A DNA stretch of 61,014 bases, the filler included, from Sphacelaria rigidula (lineage: Eukaryota), in assembly GCA_964200075.2 (NCBI GenBank). It is 7 parts of 7 records of this genome, joined end to end, with 100 filler letters (N's around TTAATTAATTAA, not from the genome) between each part and the next. Parts side by side here need not be neighbours in the genome. Positions count along the whole stretch, not along the records: positions 34,925 to 43,554 come from CAXNAA020010550.1; positions 43,655 to 52,284 come from CAXNAA020010551.1; 5 more parts are not named here. One strand, 5' to 3'. Below are positions 39,121-50,100 of this stretch, piece by piece. The position numbers and the translations under genes were made by a program. The notes under the pieces were generated by a model, which worked only from the letters and a program-made list of their open reading frames with translations, did no database searches and was not told where the DNA came from. Each line of letters opens with the position of its first letter. Position 1 is the first letter of the stretch.

Positions 39121-40946
39121 CTGCTCATCGTCGACGCCGATGATGGCCAATGGCACACATACATCCGGCAGATGAAGAGCAACATCGGCAGAGGGAGACG
39201 GGAAAGAGATATCACTGATCGGCGAAAATGGTTGGTATTCAATCAATCGAAGAGACCTTTGTGGAAACACTCGTCAACTACTACACTTTGAACCGACATT
39301 TCTTTTCCAGAGCTGCAGAAGTCGTTGTACGGGTGAACGGGGGTCCCGCCGTGATCATGAACGAGAACGCATGTATCAAAGCTTTCTCCAAGCCAATCTG
39401 GAATTTTCGGCAGTACATACCCTACGTCCCCTGGAGTGCTTATGTAGGTACTCAAAATATGAAAGTCCATGGCACACCAGAGTACGTGCACTCCTCAGGC
39501 ACCTGTGAGGAAAGTAAGCACAAAAATCAAGAGTCGACGGACTGCATACTGTACGAGTACTGACACAACGCTCGGCCATGAAGTGCAGGGCAGAAAGTAC
39601 CCGAAGTAGAGAGATGAGTCTCTGATCTGATCCCTTGAGGTCAACGAATGGCTCGTCCCGAGGAGGGTGGGAGCTCTATTACCGTCGATCGATTGATCTG
39701 ATTGCTTGGTTGGATGAGTGGTTGATTGTCCGTCGCACATTAACCCTTTTAGTAGTGGCAATGGAGGAGCGTGGATTTCGAGGTCCTGTTTTTTTAACGA
39801 CATATGGTTGAGTATTTCCAGCTTTTACGCAAAACTACTAGCCCGACCCGTGTTTTTCAGACCCGCATAAAAATGTGCCCCAGTGCCGCACATGACACCG
39901 TATAGTATATACTCCCTCTGGTCGGGAATGTAAGCTCGCTTAGAGAAAACTGTGAATATCAGGGGCCCATGAAAGAGTTTCCCCGAAGTTTTGTTCATTA
40001 GTTTCCTTATGACTCGGAGAAACGCTGGAAACCGAGTATTTTTCATGAAAACCTAACATCGAACTACTCATACAGCCTGGAGGAACAGATACTAAAAATA
40101 AAATCGGAAAACCTCCGGTTGAACGGGTCCCGGTCAAAAACTTTCGGAAACTTGTTCACGGTGGTTCTCCTAGCGTTAGGGATAATTGCGCAATACCGAG
40201 ATGTCTGGGAGGCGACCATTACAGCAGTCAGTCGACCCAGAAGAAGATAGGCACTCTAGGGGGTGTTACCTGGCGTCAATAACTCCGGGGATGAAATTAT
40301 GCCTTGCCCGCACCCATTTTTTTTGTTGTCGAAAATCACGGACCCATCAGTCATTCAGAGAACACTAAGTGGTCCCCAGCCAGAAAACGCCAGAAAGCGG
40401 TCCTGTTGGAGTTATCCCAGACGAGTTTATATTTCTACCAAATTGATTCGAGCTTATATTCCCGACCAGACGAAGTAGAATGTAGACAGGTGGTGCTGAT
40501 TTTTGTTCGTATAGACTTCAGGCCCCTAACCGCTGATTTTGGCTGTGTGCGCAAACTTTAACAAAATCGACATGTTGCGTCCCTCACCGGACCAAACTAA
40601 TCTGACTGCACCGGGATGACATTTTTGGTGCGAGCATGACTTATGCTGTCAAACTGTTCTGCGGTCTTCCGCCGTGAAAATTGCTTCCGTAGGTCTTTTC
40701 GGTTCTCATCCTTTCTTCTTTGTCAGGGCTTGAAATAATGAGGCGTCTGGCCCGGGGACGGAAGGGGAGGGTTCCCAAAGGGTGACATGATCCCCGATGG
40801 ATGTGACCTACTGATGTAGTCATGTATGCATGCCGTGGTCATTGTCCACAATATGAACGTACCCAAGGTAAACAACGGACACGGAAATGCTCGCTAAAGA
40901 AAAAGAAAAGTGTGTGTGTCAATGTGTGGGAGGGGATGGGGGGGGG

Positions 40947-41452
40947 TGTACTCTTGATCATGCAGTCATAAGACCCTTGACCTCGTATCCCTACAATGCC
41001 AGGACGGAGCACGCCGGGTTCCCGCCGGGTTCCCGGCGAACCAGGCTCGCACTCAATCACCAAGAACGAAGCGCCGTGGTGTGTTCGGCGAGTCGCATGA
41101 ACGGTGACGCACATCCTGCTAAGATTGTTCGGCCCGAAGCCTACTGATTATCTTGCATTTGAATGAAAGCCTCCAATGAGTTGTCTTCTTCTCTGGTATC
41201 GCCACTTCCTGAGACAGCCACGGCTTATACACTGTCTCATGGGTGCCTCACCATTTCAACACTGCGTGGTACGATCATCCCCACTGCGCGGAGTTGAGGT
41301 TCTCCCACCCCGCGCAACATAAGCTAGCTCGACTACCATCATGGTTACCGCAAAAAAACGCAAGCGCGCAAAAAACACCCGGTAAACTGGTTGCCTAGCT
41401 TCCGCAGTGAGTGGCGTCTTTTGCAGCGACATCGCCAACCGACACCAACCCC
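40947..41452 (-). mobile_element. Apparently full-length C-tailed SINE-like family B copy in an ATXN3 intron
   Basis: 5' end GGGGTTGGTGTCGGTTGGCG coincides with the 5' end of the 38129 copy; 3' end ATCAAGAGTACA+C-run. Confidence 0.8.
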
Positions 41453-41661
41453 ATCATGAGTCCGCCCCCACAAAGGCAAGAAATTTAAGGAGCAATGTAA
41501 AAAATAAAAACCGAAAAAAAGGAATCAGGAAAAGAAAAAGAACGGAACGGAATAAAATGGAATAGAGAAAATAGTAATGAAAATAAAGTCAAAACCAGAA
41601 GCAAAAATGATAAAAAAATAAAACTCACTAGACATAATTGTACCCAAAAGAGGCGCCTCAC

Positions 41662-41768
41662 TTGGATAGTCCAGCATGGAGTTGAGATCCCAGTACGTGC
41701 CCCCTACGGAGCGAATCGCGATCCAGTGAGCGTGTCTATTCAGGACGAACGCTCCCTCCCGCTCGTAC
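41662..41768 (-). CDS. ATXN3: Ataxin-3 homolog, Josephin domain exon carrying the catalytic His and Asn
   Basis: cag|G..CCAA|gtgag; YEREGAFVLNRHAHWIAIRSVGGTYWDLNSMLDYP matches the Josephin pattern FxxNxxxHWxxxRxxGxxWxxLNS. Confidence 0.92.
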
Positions 41769-42059
41769 CTGCCCAAGGTGCCACGTTCCAGGCCATGTAC
41801 AAAAAAGGGTACAAATCAGTTTTTTCATCACTCCATGCAACGGATAAGAGCCTGGCATGGGATACGGCAGGTGGTGGCGTTATACAGCGCATATGGTACC
41901 CCCGGCCACATGTAACACAACAACATACTTCAAATCCCTCGTCCCACAAGTTAGAGTCTTTGGCTTCACAAGTGGCCTTCGCCCCAACGGCATGTGTGTA
42001 CGACATACGAGTTGGTAGCGCAAGACATTTTCCGCGGAAGCCATGTGGCAGAGGCCGGT

Positions 42060-42286
42060 CATTTCTTTGTTTTTTCTTGATTCATTTATTCTCTCTTCAT
42101 GTCTTTAGTCCACTATGTTGTTCAGTTCTATATTTTCTGTTTCTTACTTCTTCTACAGCGAGTGCTCCAGTCTTGTTTCGTTTCGGGTACGTCCATCACC
42201 TGGATAATGACCACGACTGGATCATGACTCCTGGCGGGGGAGGCGGGTCAGTTGAAGTGCGACAATCAATCAAATCAGTCAAATCG
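42060..42286 (+). mobile_element. 3' end of a retroposon family with (AATC)-type tail; other copies ~35500-35655, ~58600-58841, ~59360-59561
   Basis: T-rich segment, shared core GGGTACG..ATC..TGACCAC(G)GCTG, ending GACAATCAATCAAATC. Confidence 0.65.
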
Positions 42287-43129
42287 TTTGGGAAAAAATA
42301 AAGGTAGGAATCGGAAGTCGATGAGAAGCCACGAGAAAAAAAAACGAGGTTTATTTTTGGTTCTATATTTGGGGCAAGAACGACCGACTTTGTGAATATT
42401 TTCGACATACCTTTCTAGGTTGTTCTCGAGACTCAGGTTCCATCGATGCGGAGGGCGACTACCTTCTGAGGGAGGAGAAAAAACTCGCTTTGTAGCCCCC
42501 GCCAGAGGGACGATATATGGCCATTTTCAGGCGGACTGTTTCTTTTCCCATCATTCGGTCGCAACATGAAACGGATGAGGATAAAAAGAAATGGTTCCAA
42601 TCCCAAAAAGCGAAACAAAACGATAGAAAACGCCTTAATCGAGCATGGTTGAGGGCCCTTTTAAACCCAAAGTTATCGGACGGACGTATATATCATGCAG
42701 TTAATACTCCGCATAAACATAGACCCTATCTGCTCTGCTCAGGGTTCTGGAGCTGTGACAGGTAGCCAATCACCCGCTTTTGGGTACTGGCCCGCAATGG
42801 AAGTTGTCTTCGGGGGTCGCCGTCGGTGGGCTTTTTTCTACTGAAAAATACGTAAATTGGAGCTGTCACTGTTAATTATCCGGCCGCGAAGCAATCCATT
42901 TGATCTCGCGTGTGCATGGCAGTGCACCACTGTGGGAGTGAAATGTATGAATCCAAAACTTTGAACGATATCCGGAGTTTCTTCGCGTGTGCGTGCACTG
43001 TACTATTACATATTGTCACCACACTCGACAACGGGATAAGGAAGTTATGTGTGCTTTTCCGAATAAACTCTCGTCAATCACGGACACCTCAACACATACA
43101 AACCCGGTGAAGCTGCACAATAAAGTGTT

Positions 43130-43451
43130 TCTTATAGTAGGGGAAGTTCCGGTTTCTGCAGAAGAGGAGAAAACAGGATGTGATATGAGAAAGCTTGGTA
43201 CACTAGACGATAGCGACGAAACGGCCGTTATACTAAGAGATAGATGGCCGCAGACGGCGGAACAGGAAAGGGATAAGATAAGTAAGAGGCTCTTGTGGAA
43301 TGTATGGGTGTACTCATGTATGGGGGGAAAGTCATGAGCGTGTAAATGTTGGCGGTGTCTCCATCACGAGAAGGGACGATGCTTCGTCTAGAAAGGGATG
43401 CGTGATCGTGATAAATGGTCAAACGCCTAAGGCAAACGGCAAATGAGTACG

Positions 43452-43482
<31 letters not shown>

Positions 43483-43554
43483 ACCCCCCCCCCCCCGCCG
43501 CCCCACCACCCCCCGACCACCACAAACCACACCCCCACCCCCCCCACCCCCCCC
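43130..43554 (+). mobile_element. LINE 3' end (family A) with poly(C) tail
   Basis: Encodes IVGE..TAVILRDRWPQTAEQERDKISKRLLWNVW (ORF2 C-terminus-like); ends AAATGAGTACG then C-run from 43452 to the contig end. Confidence 0.8.
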
Positions 43555-43725
43555 NNNNNNNNNNNNNNNNNNNNNNNNNNNNNNNNNNNNNNNNNNNNTT
43601 AATTAATTAANNNNNNNNNNNNNNNNNNNNNNNNNNNNNNNNNNNNNNNNNNNNCCTGCAGTTTGTTGTTTTGTTTTTTTGCTGCTCGCCCCTCCGAGGG
43701 GGCCGGCGGGGGGCGCCCGGCGGGG

Positions 43726-43758
<33 letters not shown>

Positions 43759-44724
43759 GTCGCGGCGTCACTCTCACGTACTCCCCCGGTGATTCATAGT
43801 GCGAAGCGGTGAGAGCATGAGTTGGCGAACATAACAGCACAATTCGACGAGATTCGACGAGAGTTACAGGAGTGCGGATCCCATTGGTAGATTGGTTGTC
43901 GAACATGGCCTATTCCATCACGACTCCTGCGTTGTCATGACATACACGAAGCGGAGGTGACGAACGGCAACACTCCCTACCAGAAGGAAACTCGAAAAAG
44001 GGGACATGTATCTGAATTCTCGATAATATAACGAAGGGCCATATATCGGGGTAGGTATCGGTCGATCCTTGAGACGACGGACTCGAGTCGAGGAGGGGGA
44101 GGGAGGGGGGGGGAGGTGTACTTATGATCATGCATGCCATAATTATAAGATCATTGACCCCGCATCCCTACAAATAAGTGGGGGGCGGGGGCGGGGGATT
44201 GAAGTGCATCACTTGTGAGGAAAATGTAGTGATGCGCGTGGTTGGTTACGATCAGGGCGTGTATAATTTTGACAGCGAAACTAACTCGCACACAACTGCA
44301 GGGCATGAAACAGAGAACTTATCGTCGCAACGTATAATATATTAATTTTAGTATGTATATATTGTAGATATTTCGGGTTGCATGTACTTGGTAAATAATA
44401 TCAACCATGAGCGACAATGACCGTGGGAAAAAAATATGTTACTTTCTAAGGTGACATGTCGTCCGGTCCGCCCTATGGCGTCCGATGCGAAAAATGTCAA
44501 GTCGAACCTATTTCACCAATTCTGTTTCCCAAAAAGACGCAGAAGTGAGTCGGCTCGCCGTGTATCCTCGTGCGTTTATCTACTGGCAGAGCTCGTTCCC
44601 AAGGCCACCCTAGCCGTCGTGAAACCTACCGCTGTTCCCCTGCCAACGGGCCCGCCCCCAACAAGTGAAGCAGACGAGGTGAGGGCCAGTTCTAGCGGGA
44701 ATGTTTGTTGCCTGCAAATATCGC

Positions 44725-45216
44725 AGTTTGTGGGGTTGTCTCATGATCTTGCATGCCGTAGTCATACGACCATTGACCTCGCATCTCTACAAAGCCGGGA
44801 CGGAGCACGGCGGGTTTTTGCCGGACCAGGCAATTTGTGTGTGTGTGGGGGGGGTGTGTGGTACTCATTTGTTGCTTGCCTTGGTCGTTTGACCATTGAC
44901 CACGCATCCCTCTCGAGACGGAGCACCGTTTCTACTCCTAATAGAGACGCCTCCAACATTCTGGCGCTCATTACGTTTTTTCCACACATTGCACAAAAAC
45001 GTTCTACACATCTTATCCCCGTCCTGTTTCGCCGTCTGTGGCCACCATCTATCTCCTAGTATAACCATCGTTTTCTTGCTGTTGTATGATGCGTCGAACG
45101 ATTTCATGCCACCTTCGTTCACGTCCCGCATTTCCCCCTCTAATTTGTGGGCGGGGGGTGTACTCATGATCATGCATGCCATAGTCATGACACCATTGAA
45201 ATTTGTGTGTGGGGGG
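44725..45216 (-). mobile_element. Stack of three C-tailed retroposon fragments (B ~44738-44831, A 44861-45141, B ~45160-45199)
   Basis: Family A part encodes ILGDRWWPQTAKQDGDKMCRTFLCNVWKKRNER..GCVVNGQTTKASNK*; fragments separated by repeats of A(A/G)TTTGTG..GGGG. Confidence 0.82.
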
Positions 45217-45601
45217 ATTACACTTGGTTTAGTACAGCATTTGTAATTTTGGCGCGGAAAATTGGTGATTTGTGGATATAGCATGTGCTGGAGCAGAGAC
45301 GCGAGCTAGGTGAAGTGAAGACGTTGCTGCTGGAGAATTCAGACCCGGTGACCCCAATATCAGGACGAAACAGTCATCGGAAAACTCGGGGTTATATTGG
45401 TCCTCAACACAAAAGTGAAGAAAAAGTGGCCCGGTCATCAATTGATTTCGACGCACACCTGCATCATGTTTGGCTCGAGTCTCACAAATGTTGGTTTCAG
45501 CAGCCGAGCAATACTGCATGTGTTTGTCACAACGCTGGACACGTTCTTTATAATATGTTGGTACGAGCTGGGCCAGCCGAGAAGCGAATTTGTAGTTTGC
45601 A

Positions 45602-45878
45602 GGCTCAATCACCGGCCAATATTTAAAGTTGGACCCTGAATTTTGGTATTGACAATGAAAAGGGCATAATAAAAACAAATACCAGTGCACGCAAGTTTTT
45701 TTTTCATGAGTTAAGGACAATGATCAGTTTTCAGGTATCGGTCAAATGTATCAGTAAAATGCCCTCAACTCATGAAAAAAACCCCTTGTGTGCACTGGAA
45801 TTTGTTTCTATCATGCCCTATTCGTTATCCATACCAAATTTCAGGGTCCAACTCTCAATGTTGGCCGTGCAATGAGCC
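45602..45878. repeat. Inverted repeat (~120-bp arms)
   Basis: GGCTCAATCACCGGCCAATATTTAAAGTTGGACCCTGAATTTTGGTAT vs ATACCAAATTTCAGGGTCCAACTCTCAATGTTGGCCGTGCAATGAGCC. Confidence 0.82.
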
Positions 45879-48800
45879 GTTCAGTGACGGGGTCAGAAGA
45901 AATTCGGAACAGTATTTTACAGACCACTTACCGGCCCACGTTTAGTGTTTTGTGTATTGAAACTTTTTGTGGGCCGTGGCTAGGGCATTATTGATGAAAC
46001 AAAATGGGTCAGGTCGAATTTTTATTTTTTCACTGGTTTAGGGCGTTTTAGTATGGAAACGACCACTTTTTACGAGAACGCCCGAACCTTCCCCAAAAAA
46101 TGAATAAATCGAGGGCCCATTTTTTTTTAATTCAGCATACCTGTGTGGTTCTTTATCCTGAGTTTCAACTTACAATGCTAAAAACTGAGCTAGAAACAGG
46201 AGATGAGGCCCCAGAGCAGGGTTCATTTCTCCTCAAAACTGCCCCGAAAACCCGAAGAAAATTGAAAAAGCTGTTATTTCAAGCTTCATTATGCACTAGC
46301 GGTTCTCCGTACGAACTTCCATAGCATAACTCTCAAAAACTCAGACGCGATATCCAGATTCAGTTCATCTAGTACCTCTGCTCGTCAGGTACTGATTTTA
46401 GTATAGAAGCTTATATGCGCCATATCTCGAGATAGATCACGAAATAGGTGAAGGTGGGTATCTATCGTCTCCCCGTACTCCAGGGAATGTCCACACCAAA
46501 ATTCGTCGCCATCCGCTGAATGCATCGATCGGGGGTTCCATAGAGATTGTAGTATGGACGCTATCTCCGTTGGATATAGGAATTACTAGACATGTGGTAT
46601 AATCAACGAGAAAATATGGGTCCAAACTCTTGAGCAGATGGGCACCTTCTCCTTGGTTAGGCGATTAATACAATGTGCGGATCATGGCCCAAGTCGTCCG
46701 TGTCGACGAGATATTGCTTTGAGGGCTTAAATCAGTGTCTAGACTGGCTCAGGTCGTACACAAATTAGGTTAATTTCCAACTTCGCTCTATTTTCTTTGA
46801 TGTGTGTCGTAACCTCGGCCTGAGTGTTGTTATGACCTCTTTTTTTATATGTAGCCGGGCCGGGTCTGTGGGCATCGACTCCAAACGGCATTATCACAGT
46901 CAGTGCCCCACGCCAACATTGCATGGCTGTTGCAATCATTGGGATTTCCCCTACGTGTTAACGGTCGAGCTGGTTAGTTCATCAACGCTCTGATCTAGGC
47001 GGACGCTGTGCGTTTGATCTCTGACAGTAGCACAGTCATGGGTAGGAATGGGGACCCTAACGACCAAAAATCGACACAAGATTCAAAATATAAGATGACG
47101 CGGAGGAATAATGATCACGTCAGTAGGTGGTCGGACCTGTGCCGAGGCCCTCACGAACAGAACACGTGCTTCATCACCTATTCACTTGGTCTAGTATAGG
47201 GAACCTGTAGCACTGGGGATCGCTCGGTTCTCGACACAGGAAGCAAACCGGTCCATGGCACTTGACAGCCCGCCGCATACGCACAAGATCTAGGGGACCT
47301 AGTTTGATCATTTGCTGGCGTCGCGTCAGCGACCCGAAAATCCCCTCCCAAAGCGGAAAACACCTTATTTCAGTACATTTAGGTTATTTGCGAGTCAACA
47401 TCACGCTCAAACGCGAAGAACAAACTAGGCGACGTAGCTTGGGTGTGTGGGAAGCGCACGCAAGAAACCGCAGTCCAATCCCCCGCTTCGTTGTCGAGTT
47501 GTAAGCGTTGCGCGATCGGCACTTTTGGGTTGAGGATCAGTAGCGTCTTTCGAGGTCGAAGATGGCAAATTGAAAAAACTCGGTGCGCATACTACGTTTC
47601 CTGTCTCAGGCAAGTCGTGACAACATGTACTTTAGTTGCGTTTTCCCAGGCGCTGCTTTGTTCTGTGCGGCTGCGCACAAAGGGCAATTTCGCCTTCCAA
47701 CGGCGAGTATCCTTTGAAGTGTCGAATTACAGAGGGAGAGTTGACAGAAGGAAGACAAAGCTGGCGGCTGCTTCATGACAGGGCTCCAGTGCAGAAGCCA
47801 AGGCGTCGAGAGCGATTTAAGTACGAGTATGTGCGTTACATCTGCTGGCGACCGCGGTCATGTACTTCCTCTGTCTCATAAGTCTGTGCCGTTATGTTTG
47901 TATGAGCCCTTAACGATGTCCGATTTGATTTTCGATTTTTTGGTTGCATTCGTTGGCGTTTTTTTAGCGAAAAACAATACTCCTTCTGCATAGTGGGTGC
48001 TTGACCCGTGCAGCCTCGCGACCGAGAAAAAATGGGTCGGTCAAAATATGGTCATTTTTCGCTTTTTTTCCCAGTAAAGCATAACAGACCCGGGAATCGC
48101 GAAAATCGTTAAAAAAATGTGAAAACCGCAAAATCACCACTGATTTGGATATCTCCGTGACGTTAACCTACGCATGCCCCATCTAACAATTTTTCAGCAT
48201 GTAATCNNNNNNNNNNAAAACGTCCAAAATCGGTCAACATTGATGTGTAAGTGGACCAAAAAGGGGAAGATTGGGGTACATTTTGACCTGATTTTAGTAT
48301 TGAAAACAAGTTTTTTTTTCTCTTCTTTTCTTGAGTCAGCTTCGTCTGCGCGTAATCTCTCTAACGAACCCAACTGTAGGATGATCGTCAGCGTTGAAAT
48401 ACCCAAATGATCAAACGAACATAACGGCACAGACTTATGAGACAGAGGAAGTATTTAGCAACTGTCTCTATATACTGTTCATAGTATCAGAATGAGATGC
48501 AAACTATGCGATGTTCGACAAGCTTCGTTATGGGTTGCGTGCTTTTTTTCTTGCGGCGAGCAAGCAGTGCGTGACGGATGGCATTTGACTTTGTGCCATG
48601 CCACAAGGTGCTGCTTCGTTCTTTACGGCTGTGCACAAAGGGCAACTTCGCCTTTGACCAGCGAGTACGCTTCATGTATTGAGTTGCAGAGAGCGAGGTC
48701 ACACATGAACTTCGGCTGTTGTGTCTGGGGGTTCCACCGGAGAAGCCAAGTCGCGAAGAGTGATTTTGATTTCAGACTGCGCATCATGTCTGCCTAGGTC

Positions 48801-49860
48801 CGCAGAGCCACGATGTTTCATGTGACTGCCTGGACATACTGAAAATAGGGGAAACTTGACGTTGAAGATGTTGATCTGGACAGAGAACCAGACCGTGCCC
48901 AAGCGACTGACAAAATGGGATTCCTTCCACTCATGCCATGACCCTGACCCCATGGGGCCCATGAGAAATTCACTCTCTAATCCCGCAGTCATGGCTGTGT
49001 GTAGGACATGCAGCGCGTAGCCAATCCGCACAGCGTGAACCTCTTGATCGTCATCATCATCAGGATCGTTCTCAGTAGTTTTCGCACGCGCAACGCTGCT
49101 GCTCATTATCTCCAAATTTCCGTACTTCTCGTTCTAGCACCATGTCAGGCACGCCTTTCACTGCAGTTACGTTGGTGTGTAGCGGCCATAACAGCTGCTG
49201 CTCGTGCTCTTGTGTTGTTATCTTCGTAATGACGGTAAACGTGGGGTGGCAGCTCGGGGGCGTGTGCTTCCCGACTGGTACAGACAGACAGAAGCATGGC
49301 ACTAGCTTGTTCGACAAGATTGTCCATCTACTGATGTGGAGCGAGCTTTCCCGAGGAACAAAATCACCTCAACACCGACCACTCCCAGGCTTGAATAAAT
49401 GTACTGGAAATAGGGTTGATTTCTTATGAGCCAAATCGTCATTCGTCCGTGACGCGTGTATTTTCCATTGATGTGATTCGTTGGATTACGGGCCACTTCT
49501 GACGCATGTAGCGTTAAGCTTGCACTTTCCATGAAAAAAGTACCCAAAATTGGCCCCCATTCCTACCCGTAACAGTATTTTTTTCGTTTTTTTCCATTGT
49601 CCGACACCGTGGGGAACGAGAGTTGACAAAAATTCAATCATCGTCTACGGGTGGTGGCGGGAGTGCAAGGCTCGGCAAAAACATGCAAGGCAACTTTTAC
49701 GAGGGAACATTGTTACTGAAAGCAGGAGTGTTACAAAAGTAGTATAGAGGATTGGAGGGACGTCAACAGGAAAAAATTACGAAATGGGCCTTAATTTCTA
49801 GGGTGTATATATATATATATATATACGTATATACAAGCCGTGCGGGACCGGGGCGATAGC

Positions 49861-50100
49861 CCCGGTCCGGTCCGTCTTCTTGGAGGGTCGCGGTATTCAT
49901 GCCTTCCCAAGCTCCCGTGAGAAATGAATAGTGCGTCGGACGAGTCATCACTCGTCGAAATGAGTGCACTCGTGGGTGTTTTTTGAAAAGACAACGAGCA
50001 TGGCTCGTGTGCTCGCGTCATTATTTGCCGCCCCGGTCCCGTCCGTCTTCTTGGAGGGTCGCGGTATTCTTGTCTTGTCAAACCCTAGTGAGAAATGATT
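49861..50100. repeat. Direct repeat pair (~70 bp, ~170 bp apart) in a MITE-like segment beside (TA)n
   Basis: CCCGGTCC(G/C)GTCCGTCTTCTTGGAGGGTCGCGGTATTC..GTGAGAAATGA at 49861 and ~50032. Confidence 0.75.
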
